DNA of 64,000 nt from an uncultured Anaerolinea sp. (GCA_964531975.1 CAZHFU010000001.1:139177-203176), one strand, 5' to 3'; shown: positions 47,904 through 58,214, numbered from the stretch's first letter. The notes: generated from the sequence alone by a model not told the origin. Made by a program: numbers and translations.

Positions 47904-47991
47904 CGCGAATCCTCAGTTTGCACTTTTAGCCAAACCCACCCATTTATTTTCTATCACCAACAACAGCTTGCCTGTAAAGCAGCCATTAATT

Positions 47992-50781
47992 CTAACCCTC
48001 GCTTTGGATAGTTGGCAAGTGCACTCTAAATGTAGTTCCTAACCCTTTTTGACTGGCGACTTCAATTTGCCCCTGGTGGCTTTCGACAATCGACTTCACA
48101 ATCGCCAGGCCCAAGCCCGTGCCCTCAATTTCAATAGTTTCCTCATTTCGCACCCGGTAGAATTTATTAAATATAAAGGGTAAATCTTCCGGTGCAATGC
48201 CTATTCCTTGATCTTCGAAAGAGATCACCACCTGGTCGCCTTCCAGGCTGGTGCTTAGACAAATTTCCTGTTGCGGTGGGGTGTATTTAACCGCGTTTCC
48301 AAGTAAGTTGCTAACCAGCTGCTGCAACAGCTGCCGGTCGCCGCAAATATGCGGCTGAGCCGGGCAGAAGTTGACCCGCAAGGTCTGCCCCCTTAATAAA
48401 GCCTGTTCCCGAATGGTTTGGACGCTTTCTTTCAGAAGAGCGTGCAAGTCTAAGACCTCGGTTTTCATCTGAATTCCCGATTCGAGGCGCGAAATCTCCA
48501 GCAGGTTTAACACCAGGTCGCGCATCAGCATGGCTGAATTTTGAATGCGCTTGCTAAATTCCACTTGCATATCAGTGAGTGGGCCGGCTTTAGCCATCAA
48601 TTCATTGTAGCCTAAAACCGCCATTAACGGGTTCTTGAGATCGTGAGTGGCCGAGGCGATAAATTCGTTTTTCAAGGCGGCCAATGCAATAAACTGGCTG
48701 ATATCATGCAGCACCACTACTTGCCCGCCTTCTTCGATGGGTGTAACCAGCGCAGAAAAGGTGCGCCCATCCGGCCAGCCGATCTCACCCTGGCAATGCT
48801 CCCCCGTAGTGTGAGCCTGTTCCAACAGGCGCAGCAAGTCGTTATACCCGCCGGCCTGCGGCAGCGATTTACCTCCATGTTCGTCGAGGTCTGGAAAAAG
48901 ACATTCGCCGGCCGGGTTCGCCAGGGTCAGGCGGTTGTGCGCATCCATCACCAAAATTGCATCGGCGGCGGAACGCAGCACAGCCAGTAAACGGCGCTGC
49001 TCTTTTTCTACGCTCTCGAATAAAGCCATGCGGTCAAGAGCAGATAGCGCCTGGGTGGCCACCGCCTGCAGCAGCGCGCAGTCGCTTTCCTGGAAAGCAT
49101 TGGGATGCTCGCTGTATACCGATAACGCTCCGCGCACACGTTGATCGGAAATTATCGGTACAGCCGCCGATGAAATAACCGGCGTTCCTTCACAAAGTAG
49201 TACGGGTTTACGCGCGGCTGCCGCCTGACGAGGGGCTTCCGAGAGGGCGTCTGCTTCCACGCTGCCGGCGCTGCCGGCCGCGCCAACCAGCTGCAGCGCG
49301 CCATCTCCGTTAGCGGGGCATTCCCACAGCGCCACCGCAGGGTAATTAAGCCGGCTTTGAACGAGGCGCGGCAGGTGTTCGATTAATTGCTGCGATTGCG
49401 TGAGGTGATTAATGTGTTGGCTAATTTCATTCAAAGCCATCAATTCTTCTAAACGCCGGTGCTCAACATCAAACAACTGGGCATTTTCTAAAGCAATGGC
49501 GGCCTGGCTGGCAATGGCCTGTAGAATGGTTTGATGTTCCTGGGTGAAATATTCCGGCTGCTCATGCACCAATGTAAGCACACCAATAACCTTATATCGG
49601 CCCAACAGCGGCACAGCCACCGCCGAACCGCACTGCCCGTGTTCAGATCGCCAACGGCTATCGGCGGAGAGATCTCCAATCACCACGCCCTGGCTGGAGG
49701 CTATCACGGCCGCCGAAGCGCCCCAATTTACGGCTTGCTCTCGCCCCACCTCATCTAGTAGACGGGTCGTGTGATCGCCAATGGCGCGCTCGCGACAAAC
49801 CGCCAACCCATTTGGCTGGTAAATATCCAGCCGCGCCAACGAAGCCTTGAGCCAGGCCACGGTGCGGCTCAACACAATATCGCTCAATGCATCCACATCC
49901 AGTTGGGCGCTTAACTCCTGGCCCAGTTCTGGCAAAATGCCCAGCTCTTTTGTCCGCCGGCGCAAAATATCTTCAGCCTGCTTCACGCGCAATTTCGATT
50001 GAATCCGCGCCGCCAATTCGCGCCAATCAAAGGGCTTAATCACATAGTCATCCGCCCCTAAAGCCAGGCCGTCGCGCACATCGCGCGGGCCAATGCGCGC
50101 TGCGGTGATCATAATCACCGGAATGTGAGCAATAGCCGGGTCGGCGCGCAGCTCAGCCAACACCTGGAAACCATCTTTTTTGGGCATATTGACATCGAGC
50201 AGCACCAGGTCCACATCTTCTTCGCGCACCTTACGCAGCGCCTCTTCACCATCCCATGCGGAAATAAAATTATAGCCTTCGCTTTGCAAACGGGCGGAAA
50301 GCAAACGCAAATTATCGGGGTAGTCATCAGCAATCAGAATTTTGAAAGAACGCCGCGCGACTGCAGCGGGCATGGATGGGGAAATATGATTTAAATCTTC
50401 CAGAACCTTTGCCACAATGCTGCGTATTTTTTCCGGCTGCACCGGCTTAACCAGGTAATCTTGCACACCCAAGCGTCTGGCGGTGATAACCAGGCCCGGC
50501 GTATCGTAAGCCGTGATGAGGATAATATGCGCCGGTTTTTGATTGCCCCGCAACTGCTCAATCAGCTGCAAGCCATTCATCCCCGGCATCATAAAATCGG
50601 TAATTAGCACATCCACTACGCCCTGGTCGATCCGACGAATAGCGTCCTCGCCGCTAGAAGCCGTGATAATCTCAACGGGCTGCTCGAATTTAGACAACAC
50701 TCGCGCTAACATATTGGCTGTATTGGGATGATCGTCTACGATGACGATGCGCAGCGGGTGAAGGGTTTGGCTATCGGTCAT
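47992..50781 (-). CDS. Hybrid sensor histidine kinase (REC, REC, GAF, GAF, PAS, HisKA, HATPase_c)
   Basis: 929 aa. Two N-terminal receivers (VLITDFMMPGMNG, LVLLDVNMPKKDG), H-box ATHDLKNPL, LLGNAVKYT, DQGIGI and GTGLGLAIV. Confidence 0.9.
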   Translation of the reverse strand: MTDSQTLHPLRIVIVDDHPNTANMLARVLSKFEQPVEIITASSGEDAIRRIDQGVVDVLITDFMMPGMNGLQLIEQLRGNQKPAHIILITAYDTPGLVITARRLGVQDYLVKPVQPEKIRSIVAKVLEDLNHISPSMPAAVARRSFKILIADDYPDNLRLLSARLQSEGYNFISAWDGEEALRKVREEDVDLVLLDVNMPKKDGFQVLAELRADPAIAHIPVIMITAARIGPRDVRDGLALGADDYVIKPFDWRELAARIQSKLRVKQAEDILRRRTKELGILPELGQELSAQLDVDALSDIVLSRTVAWLKASLARLDIYQPNGLAVCRERAIGDHTTRLLDEVGREQAVNWGASAAVIASSQGVVIGDLSADSRWRSEHGQCGSAVAVPLLGRYKVIGVLTLVHEQPEYFTQEHQTILQAIASQAAIALENAQLFDVEHRRLEELMALNEISQHINHLTQSQQLIEHLPRLVQSRLNYPAVALWECPANGDGALQLVGAAGSAGSVEADALSEAPRQAAAARKPVLLCEGTPVISSAAVPIISDQRVRGALSVYSEHPNAFQESDCALLQAVATQALSALDRMALFESVEKEQRRLLAVLRSAADAILVMDAHNRLTLANPAGECLFPDLDEHGGKSLPQAGGYNDLLRLLEQAHTTGEHCQGEIGWPDGRTFSALVTPIEEGGQVVVLHDISQFIALAALKNEFIASATHDLKNPLMAVLGYNELMAKAGPLTDMQVEFSKRIQNSAMLMRDLVLNLLEISRLESGIQMKTEVLDLHALLKESVQTIREQALLRGQTLRVNFCPAQPHICGDRQLLQQLVSNLLGNAVKYTPPQQEICLSTSLEGDQVVISFEDQGIGIAPEDLPFIFNKFYRVRNEETIEIEGTGLGLAIVKSIVESHQGQIEVASQKGLGTTFRVHLPTIQSEG

Positions 50782-50884
50782 ACCTTGCTACCTTCCGACA
50801 TTAACGGATGGAAGCATTATGCCATAGGCCGAGGGCCAAAGCGTTGGGGTTGCGGAGAATTAGTTTGGAAATGTTAGTGTAAGA

Positions 50885-51703
50885 TTAATCAACCAGCAGT
50901 TTATAGCCGATACCACGGACATTCAATAATAAACGCGGATTTTGGGGGTCTTCTTCTAGCGCCTGGCGCAATATATAGACATAGTATTTTGCCAACGCAC
51001 GCGCTTCAAGGGCATCGACCTGGTAATTTTGGGCCGCACTTACCAACTGAGCATAACGCACCACATTCGGAGAATAGCGCGCCAGGATCGCCAGGTAATC
51101 GAACGCCGCCGGGGGCAAGTTCAACACTTGCGCCCCCAATGTCGCCCGGCGCGCTTGTAAATCTAACACCAGGCCTCGCAGTTTGACAAACCGCTGCTGT
51201 GGGTCGGCCGGGATGGGACGACCCCCAAGCGCATCAGTGGGCGATTGAGTCTCTAACTCAGCCAGTTCAGCCTGCAAAGCGCCAATCTGCCGGCGCAGAG
51301 CGTCCTTTTTGCGTTCGGTATGCTGTTCCGCCAGCATCACATGGGTGCGAGCAGTGAGAACTTGCGGATCGAAAGGTTTCAACAGGTAATCGGCGGCTCC
51401 CAAACGCAAGGCCTCTACCGCCGATTGCATTGTTCCATAGCCAGTTAGCACCACAACCGGCAGCTTTGGATGCAATTTGCGCACCTGAGTTAGAATTTGA
51501 ATGCCATCCATACCCGGCAGGTGTAAATCCAGGAACACCAGGTCGAAGTGCTGTTCGGCTAACCGGGCTAAAGCCTGCTCGCCGCCGCCGGCGGCTTCCG
51601 CCTGGATGCCCGAAGTTTGCAGCACCCGCTGCAAAGTGCTGCGCAGCGCGGCCTCATCATCAATAATGAGCACTCTACCAGGTGAGTAAACTTTCGCATC
51701 CAA
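50885..51703 (-). CDS. OmpR-type response regulator (REC, long coiled-coil linker, winged-helix DNA-binding domain)
   Basis: 272 aa from TTG 51703 (alternative GTG 51673). REC block LVFLDLHLPGMDG, C-terminal Trans_reg_C-like block LNVRGIGYKL, and a linker of about 45 aa QIGALQAELAELETQ. Confidence 0.8.
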   Translation of the reverse strand: MDAKVYSPGRVLIIDDEAALRSTLQRVLQTSGIQAEAAGGGEQALARLAEQHFDLVFLDLHLPGMDGIQILTQVRKLHPKLPVVVLTGYGTMQSAVEALRLGAADYLLKPFDPQVLTARTHVMLAEQHTERKKDALRRQIGALQAELAELETQSPTDALGGRPIPADPQQRFVKLRGLVLDLQARRATLGAQVLNLPPAAFDYLAILARYSPNVVRYAQLVSAAQNYQVDALEARALAKYYVYILRQALEEDPQNPRLLLNVRGIGYKLLVD

Positions 51704-53044
51704 CTAGCGAATTTCTCCCTTCACGGGTGTGGGGATGCGCGGCTCGTATGGCAGCCAAACCAGGAATACCGTTCCTTCCCCCGGGGCGCTCTCCACTTCA
51801 ATTCGCCCCAGGTGGCGCTGCACAATATCATAGGTGATAGATAAGCCCAGCCCGGTTCCACCTTCTTGCGCCTTGGTGGTCACAAAAGGGTCGAAAATAT
51901 TTGGCAGAAATTCTGGGTCGATACTCGGCCCATCATCCGATATGCGCATCAAAACGCTCTGCCGGGCGTCATCGCGCATGGTTTCAACAATAATGCGCCC
52001 ACCGGCAGACATTGCCTCCACCGCATTCAGGCAGATGTTCAAAATTACCTGTTTTATCTGATCGCGAATGAGCGGGATAAATGGTATGTCTTGTCCCACG
52101 TTGAACTGAAAGGCAATCTGGCTGTGGCGCAAATGAGTTGCCAAAAGTTTGTGCACTTCTTCGATCAGAACATTCACCGATTCGAGGGTAAATTCTTCCG
52201 AAGCAGCCGGGCGATAGGTCTCGCGCAAGCGGGCGATTAGCCCCGCCATGCGTTCGGTCTCTTTAAGCACTGTTTGTAAATCTTCAGTGGCTTGTTGAGA
52301 TAATCCGGCTTCCATTTGAATCAGATAAAGCGCATTTTGAATAGCCTGGAGGGGGTTATTCATTTCGTGGGCCACCGAAGCCACAATACGGCCCAAAGCA
52401 GCCAGTTTTTCAGCCTGCACCAACTGACTGCGAGCGGCTTTCTCGTGTTCCAGAGAGGCCTGCAGATCAGCCACCAGGCGCGCCTTTTCAATCGCCACCG
52501 CAGCCTGCGCTCCCAAGGTGGTGAGGAAACGCACGTCGTCATCGTTAAATGCGCCCACCTGGCGGCTTTGCACCGACAGCGTGCCTAACAAACGGTCGCT
52601 GGTGCGCACCGGCGCAACCAGCAATGCTCGCACTTCCGCTCTATCGCCGCCCAGCGTATTATCGCCTTCATCTTTGCCCACAATGTACCGTGGGTCGTTA
52701 GAAACATCGCGCACATTAATCGCTTCGCCGGTCAATAACACCTGCCCCGCCACCCCCACCCCAGAGCGAAACACGACAGGCTGGGCGGAAAAAGCCGGGC
52801 CTTCGCCAGCCACAGATACCGGCTGTAAATATCGGCGGTTATCATCCAGCAAATGCAGAATGGTGCGATCTGATGCGCTCACCAACAAATTAACCGCTTC
52901 CACAATTTGCTGGAGCGTACGCTGTAAATCTACCGTGCCCGCCAGAGTCTGGCTAATTTCAAACAACGCCTGGCTTTTTTGCAATTCCTTCGCCAGGTCG
53001 TCAATGCTTAAGCGCGTCTCAGGGGCTTGCGGCAGATCGGACAT
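51704..53044 (-). CDS. GAF-domain sensor histidine kinase
   Basis: 446 aa. GAF domain, then H-box VAHEMNNPL, CLNAVEAM, DDGPSI and GTGLGLSITY. Confidence 0.9.
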   Translation of the reverse strand: MSDLPQAPETRLSIDDLAKELQKSQALFEISQTLAGTVDLQRTLQQIVEAVNLLVSASDRTILHLLDDNRRYLQPVSVAGEGPAFSAQPVVFRSGVGVAGQVLLTGEAINVRDVSNDPRYIVGKDEGDNTLGGDRAEVRALLVAPVRTSDRLLGTLSVQSRQVGAFNDDDVRFLTTLGAQAAVAIEKARLVADLQASLEHEKAARSQLVQAEKLAALGRIVASVAHEMNNPLQAIQNALYLIQMEAGLSQQATEDLQTVLKETERMAGLIARLRETYRPAASEEFTLESVNVLIEEVHKLLATHLRHSQIAFQFNVGQDIPFIPLIRDQIKQVILNICLNAVEAMSAGGRIIVETMRDDARQSVLMRISDDGPSIDPEFLPNIFDPFVTTKAQEGGTGLGLSITYDIVQRHLGRIEVESAPGEGTVFLVWLPYEPRIPTPVKGEIR

Positions 53045-53051
53045 TTTTCGT

Positions 53052-53252
53052 TTACAAAGCCCAGGCCAGCATCACGCCAATGATGGCGATTATCACGCCC
53101 AGGTGCAAGGCTAAGTTCGTCTCCGCCGGCCAACCCACCCCCGGTATAAATTGCAGCGCCAGGTTTACCAAAATTAGCAGCAAACCAATGAGCGGCAGCA
53201 AGCCCTTGCGGTGCGAAAGGTATTCAGATAATACATCAAGCAGACGATTCAC
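53052..53252 (-). CDS. Small two-TM membrane protein
   Basis: 66 aa with two hydrophobic helices. The GTG start overlaps the hflX stop (GTGA). Confidence 0.5.
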   Translation of the reverse strand: MNRLLDVLSEYLSHRKGLLPLIGLLLILVNLALQFIPGVGWPAETNLALHLGVIIAIIGVMLAWAL

Positions 53253-54622
53253 GCCTCATCCTCCTTCAAATCGTCCACCGAGGCATCCTCGGATACAGCG
53301 CCTGCGTCTACGAAGAAAGGCTGATAGCGTGCAATCAGCCGGCCCGGCAGGCGCCCATCAATTAATACGCCGCCGCGCTGATTCTCCACTCTTTCCACCT
53401 GGCCTAGCTCATGGAACATCGAAATAAGCTGGCCTTGAGCATAGGGCAAACGCACAGATACCGGCGTGTAACGTTCGAACAGCATTTCGTTGGTTGCCTG
53501 GAGCAGTTCGGGAATGCCCAAGCCGGTGCGAGCGGAAATCGCCACCGAATTTTGAAACTCCGCCAGTTCCTGCATCGCCGCTTTGGGGTCGCTAAGACGG
53601 TCGATCTTATTCAGCACTGTAAGTATCGGCACATGACCAGCCCCAATCTCATTCAGCGTCTCATGCACCGCCGCCGCCTGGGCCTGGGCGTTTACGTGGG
53701 TGACATCCACAACGTGCAGCAGCAAATCGGATTCGTTGATCTCTTCCAGGGTGGCGCGAAATGCCGCCACCAGGGTGGTAGGAAGCTTCTGAATAAACCC
53801 CACCGTATCAGTGATTAATATGGCATGCCCGCCTTCCAGCTCCACCCGCCGGGTTGTGGGGTCGAGCGTAGCAAACAATTCGTTCGCCACATACACATCC
53901 GACTGGGTAAGCCGATTAAGTAAGGTCGATTTTCCAGCGTTGGTATATCCCACCAGGGTCACTAATGGGATGCGCGAGCGTTGACGCCGCTTGCGATACT
54001 GCAAGCGGTGTGTGCGCACATCATCTAGTTCGGTTTTTAAATGGTCAATCCGGCGGCGCACATCGCGGCGGTCTACTTCAAGTTGGGTTTCACCGGGGCC
54101 GCGCAAGCCAACCTGGCCCACGCTGCCTGAACGCCCCCCCCCACCCCCGGCCTGGCGCGCCAGGTGCGTCCAAGCGCGCGTCAAACGTGGCAGCCGATAC
54201 TCGTATTGGGCCAGCTCCACCTGCAGCGCTCCCTCACGCGTACCGGCATGTTGTGCAAAGATATCTAAGATTAAAGCCGTGCGATCGATCACGCGGATAT
54301 GTTCGCCAAACACCTTCTCTAGTTCACGTTGGTGGCGGGGGGAAAGTTCTTCATCAAATAGAATAACATCGGCTTCAAATTCCGTCGCCAATGCCCGCAC
54401 CTCTTCCACCTTCCCCTGGCCGATAAAAGTTTGGGAATTGCGCCTGCTTAGCTTTTGGGTGGTCTCACCCACCACTTCTAAACCGGCGGTATCGGCTAAC
54501 AGAGCCAGTTCTTCCAGCGAATCTCCCAGAGATAGTAGATTTTCATCTCCGTACACTTCAACACCCACCATGAAGGCTTTTTCACGCGGCGGGCGGGTTG
54601 CTTCAGTTTGCTTCTTCGTCAT
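53249..54622 (-). CDS. hflX: GTPase HflX
   Basis: 457 aa. HflX N-domain, G1 GYTNAGKST, G3 DTVGF and G4 NKID. Confidence 0.92.
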   Translation of the reverse strand: MTKKQTEATRPPREKAFMVGVEVYGDENLLSLGDSLEELALLADTAGLEVVGETTQKLSRRNSQTFIGQGKVEEVRALATEFEADVILFDEELSPRHQRELEKVFGEHIRVIDRTALILDIFAQHAGTREGALQVELAQYEYRLPRLTRAWTHLARQAGGGGGRSGSVGQVGLRGPGETQLEVDRRDVRRRIDHLKTELDDVRTHRLQYRKRRQRSRIPLVTLVGYTNAGKSTLLNRLTQSDVYVANELFATLDPTTRRVELEGGHAILITDTVGFIQKLPTTLVAAFRATLEEINESDLLLHVVDVTHVNAQAQAAAVHETLNEIGAGHVPILTVLNKIDRLSDPKAAMQELAEFQNSVAISARTGLGIPELLQATNEMLFERYTPVSVRLPYAQGQLISMFHELGQVERVENQRGGVLIDGRLPGRLIARYQPFFVDAGAVSEDASVDDLKEDEA

Positions 54623-55866
54623 CCATCACTCTTTTCTTCTAAGCCCATTTCAATCAGGGGCGAAAATAATTTGGCGGTGTGGTCGTCTGGGGGGAGCGCT
54701 CGTAAAGGCAGCAGGACATGGAAAGTGGCCCCAGGAAAGCTCGTTTCGTCGCAGCCAGGGGATTCTACCCAAATCGAGCCGCCATGCGCTTCGATAATGC
54801 CTTTACAGATTGATAAACCTAACCCCGGGCCACCACCTTTGAATTTCGTCTTACCGCTTGAGTGCAGCGACACACTGCCCAGACGGCCAAATTTCTCAAA
54901 AATTCGGCCCGAATCTTCGGGTTCAATGCCAATGCCGGTATCTGTAAATGTAACTTCGATAAACCCGGGCAGCTTACGACCATCCAGCGTAATCCGACCG
55001 CCGTCAGGCGTATATTTCAGAGCATTGGAGAACAGGTTACGAAAAGCCTGGTAAAGCCGCTCAGCGTCTCCAAAGGTCATCTCATCTGCTCCGGGAAAAG
55101 GACGAACATCCACAGCCAGTTTGCGCTCCTTGATAATGGGAGCGAATTCAGTGGTGAGGGTGAGCAGTAAGCGATTCACCCATAACGGCTGAAAATGCAG
55201 CGACAACAAGTTATTGTCGATCAACGAGACGTCAATCATGTCATCCACAATCTCGCGCAGGCGGCGTGTGCCATTGTCCACGCCCTTTAGCAGCACACGC
55301 TGCGATTCAAAAGCTTCCACCCGGGGTAGTTGATCGCGCAGCATGGCCGTGTAGCCCTCGATCAGGGTCAGCGGCGTTTTGAGTTCATGGGCGGCGATGG
55401 CAATAAAGTCCGACTTGCTGCGGTCGAGCCGCTGCAGCATAGTGTTGGCTGAAGCCAGATCGCGCCGCAGCGCTTCAACGCTGCTCTGCGTTTCCAACCT
55501 GGCGGTAAACTCGTACGCATGCAGAAAAACGGGCAGCAGCGCCCCAGCCAAATCCAGGGCTTCCGCCTCGCTAAGGATCTCTCGGCCAATCTCAAACGTG
55601 CGGGTGTGAATTTGGTTAATGATTTCCGGCAGGCGCACTTCCTTAGCCTCCAGGTCGGTTTCGGTGCGCGAAGCTACCCAATCTGCCAAAATTGCATCCA
55701 TCCAGGTGGCGTTACCGGTCTCAACCGACTGCATCATACGGTTGAAAAAGTCTTCCAACAGGATTTCGGCGTTAGCGCGCGTTTCCTCCCCACGGGCGAA
55801 CAGCCGTGAAAGCCGGAGCAGCCAAGGCCGGTGTATAAACTGCAGCGATTCAACCACCGTCATCAT
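54619..55866 (-). CDS. Soluble sensor histidine kinase
   Basis: 415 aa. Helical N-domain, H-box AAHELKTPL, FSNALKYT, DTGIGI and GPGLGLSICK. Confidence 0.88.
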   Translation of the reverse strand: MMTVVESLQFIHRPWLLRLSRLFARGEETRANAEILLEDFFNRMMQSVETGNATWMDAILADWVASRTETDLEAKEVRLPEIINQIHTRTFEIGREILSEAEALDLAGALLPVFLHAYEFTARLETQSSVEALRRDLASANTMLQRLDRSKSDFIAIAAHELKTPLTLIEGYTAMLRDQLPRVEAFESQRVLLKGVDNGTRRLREIVDDMIDVSLIDNNLLSLHFQPLWVNRLLLTLTTEFAPIIKERKLAVDVRPFPGADEMTFGDAERLYQAFRNLFSNALKYTPDGGRITLDGRKLPGFIEVTFTDTGIGIEPEDSGRIFEKFGRLGSVSLHSSGKTKFKGGGPGLGLSICKGIIEAHGGSIWVESPGCDETSFPGATFHVLLPLRALPPDDHTAKLFSPLIEMGLEEKSDG

Positions 55867-55903
55867 CTAATTCACACCACTTTTTTAGTTGGCGCTCCGC
55901 CTG

Positions 55904-56863
55904 CTACGGTAAAGGCGCAGTCATCCAGCTTAATAATGTCTTACCCACTACTTCCAGGCTGTTCGCCGAAACTTTATCTAACGTATCGGCGGTGGTATGC
56001 CAGGGCGGATAGTCAAAATCAATGATGTCTACCGCCGGTATGCCCGCCTGTAAAAAGGGCAAATGGTCATCTAAAATTTGATATTTTGCCTGGTTGGGCA
56101 TATACTTGCCATAACCCAGGCGCTCTGCTGCGCCCCAGATTTCCTGTGCTAAGGCCTGATCGGAATTCTTCTCGATAAAAATCTTTAGTTTTTTATCACC
56201 AATCATATCCACTATCACGGCCGCGTCCGGCTTATCGGTTAACGAAGCCACAAATGCTTGCGACCCCAAAATCCAATCCCAGCCCGGCAAATTTCCATTA
56301 TCTTCGGCGTCAAAAAACACCAGCCACACCTGACGATAGCGCAGTTCTGCCGCATGGGAAGGCAAGACCCGTCCAAGCTCCATAAGCGCCGCCACACCTG
56401 AAGCCCCATCGTTTGCCCCCGGCACAGGCGTCTTGCGAAGGGTTTCATCAGGGTCATGGTCTGCTTCCAGGCGAGAATCATAGTGCGCGCCTAGCACCAA
56501 CCAGGGCCGCCCTTCTCCCCATTTGGCGATAATGTTGCGCACCGGGCGCTTTACCCCGGCGCCATTGTCGAAGATGGTTTCTTGCGCCGCTACCTGCCAG
56601 CCGGCGATCCTCAACTGCTGCATAATCCAATCGCCGGTTTGTCGGTGGGCCTGGCTGCCGGCAGTTCGCGGGCCAAGCTGCATTTGGTATTCTACATCAC
56701 TCAACGCAGATGCGCCATTAAATTCTTGTGGATTCGGCGCGCTTTCGGGCAAGCCATCCTGAAGGGCGGGGGCGCAGGCCGTTAACACCCCGGCTACGAT
56801 TATCACCGCTCCTAGAACCACCAGCCGGAGGGTGGAGGTAAACAAACCTCGGCCTCGGGTCAT
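55904..56863 (-). CDS. M28-family peptidase (glutaminyl-cyclase-like), secreted
   Basis: 319 aa. N-terminal TM/lipobox (LTAC) and M28 blocks GAHYDS, GANDGASGVA and FFDAED. Confidence 0.8.
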   Translation of the reverse strand: MTRGRGLFTSTLRLVVLGAVIIVAGVLTACAPALQDGLPESAPNPQEFNGASALSDVEYQMQLGPRTAGSQAHRQTGDWIMQQLRIAGWQVAAQETIFDNGAGVKRPVRNIIAKWGEGRPWLVLGAHYDSRLEADHDPDETLRKTPVPGANDGASGVAALMELGRVLPSHAAELRYRQVWLVFFDAEDNGNLPGWDWILGSQAFVASLTDKPDAAVIVDMIGDKKLKIFIEKNSDQALAQEIWGAAERLGYGKYMPNQAKYQILDDHLPFLQAGIPAVDIIDFDYPPWHTTADTLDKVSANSLEVVGKTLLSWMTAPLP

Positions 56864-58200
56864 TTCGTCGCCTCATCCCAGGCCTGCAGCGCCCGCGCTA
56901 CAAGCGCCACATGCCGAAATTTCTTGCTCTTTGGCGCATCTTCCAACGGCGGCAGCAAACCGAAATTCGCCTTTGTAGGCTGAAAATCCGCCGGCGCGGC
57001 GTGTGTAATATAGTGGCACAGCGCCCCCAGCATCGTTTCTAATGGTAGGGTGAGGGGGGTTTGCCCGTTAAGGAAGCGGGCTGCGTTCCAGCCGGACAGC
57101 AAACCGGTGGCAATATTGCCGGCATAGCCTTCGACCCCGGTTATCTGTCCGGCGAAGAATATCTCTTGGCGCCGCACATGCTGCAACGTAGGCAGCAGCT
57201 GCGAAGGCGAGAAGATGAAGGTGTTGCGGTGCATTTGCCCATAGCGTGCAAATTCCGCCCGTTCCAGCCCAGGGATCATGCGCAAAACCCGTTTCTGCTC
57301 TGAGAATGTGAGGTTGGTTTGAAAGCCCACAATATTATAAAGCGTTCCGGCTAAATTATCTTGCCGCAGCTGCGCCACGGCATAAGGGCGAAAGCCGGTG
57401 AGGGGGTCATGCAGGCCAATCGGTCGCAGAGGGCCGTAAGCCAGGGCGTCGCGCCCGCGTCGGGCCAAAATCTCCACCGGCAAGCAGCCTTCAAAGAAAT
57501 GCTGCGGCCCAGCTCTCACCCCCATCTCAATTTCCAGCTCAAAATCCCGCAGGGCAATGCGTTCCGCCCCCAGCAAGGCGTCAATAAACGCATGATATTC
57601 TTCACGGTTCAAGGGGCAGTTAATGTAGTCGCCATCGGCTTGCTGGGCCTGCGCATATTCAAAGCGGGTGGCGCGAAAGGCGCGCTCAAAATTAATCGAT
57701 TCGATGGCGACCACCGGGGCGATGGCATCGAAAAAATAGAGATGCTCCTGCCCGGTAAGTTGGGCAATCGCCGCCGACAGGGCCGGAGAGGTGAGCGGCC
57801 CGCTGGCGATAATGCATGGCTGATCTGGAAGCGCCCGCACTTCCTGGCGCACCAGGCGAATATTGGGGTGGGCGGTTATGGCCTCGGTCACCCGGCGAGC
57901 AAACTCATCCCGATCTACCGCCAGGGCCTGCCCCGCGGGAAGGGCGGTCTCTTGCGCCAGGCGCATTAACAACGAACCGCCGCGGGTTAGCTCCTCCTTT
58001 AATAACCCAGGGGCGCGATCCATCATCGATGTGCCAAACGAATTGGAGCACACCAACTCCGCCAGGTAATCGCCGGTATGCGCGCCGGTTCCAAGCGTGG
58101 GACGCATCTCATACAACGTCACTTGCACCCCGCGCTCTGCCGCCTGCCAGGCCGCTTCGCTGCCAGCCAGGCCTCCGCCAATTACGGTTAATTCTGCCAT
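56860..58200 (-). CDS. trmFO: Methylenetetrahydrofolate--tRNA-(uracil54-C5)-methyltransferase
   Basis: Start chosen at ATG 58200 (MAELTVIGGGLAGSEAAW FAD fold). Length and blocks are typical of TrmFO. Confidence 0.9.
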   Translation of the reverse strand: MAELTVIGGGLAGSEAAWQAAERGVQVTLYEMRPTLGTGAHTGDYLAELVCSNSFGTSMMDRAPGLLKEELTRGGSLLMRLAQETALPAGQALAVDRDEFARRVTEAITAHPNIRLVRQEVRALPDQPCIIASGPLTSPALSAAIAQLTGQEHLYFFDAIAPVVAIESINFERAFRATRFEYAQAQQADGDYINCPLNREEYHAFIDALLGAERIALRDFELEIEMGVRAGPQHFFEGCLPVEILARRGRDALAYGPLRPIGLHDPLTGFRPYAVAQLRQDNLAGTLYNIVGFQTNLTFSEQKRVLRMIPGLERAEFARYGQMHRNTFIFSPSQLLPTLQHVRRQEIFFAGQITGVEGYAGNIATGLLSGWNAARFLNGQTPLTLPLETMLGALCHYITHAAPADFQPTKANFGLLPPLEDAPKSKKFRHVALVARALQAWDEATK

Positions 58201-58208
58201 AAGAGATA

Positions 58209-58214
58209 ATTGTA
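58209..58214 (-). promoter_or_regulatory. Candidate extended -10 (TGgTACAAT on the minus strand) 8 nt upstream of the trmFO ATG
   Basis: The minus strand reads cctggTACAATtatctcttATG. No SD. Confidence 0.3.

Noticed and set aside
53991-54797. Long antisense ORFs in the track. Examples are 53991-54797 (+), 52518-53114 (+), 9882-10478 (-), 28187-28648 (+), 7325-7759 (-), 2662-3132 (-) and 38240-38728 (+).
   Set aside because: They lie opposite ORFs with clear family signatures. Their products are R/S/P/A-rich and low in complexity, as expected for shadow frames in GC-rich DNA. No SD or homology was recognised.
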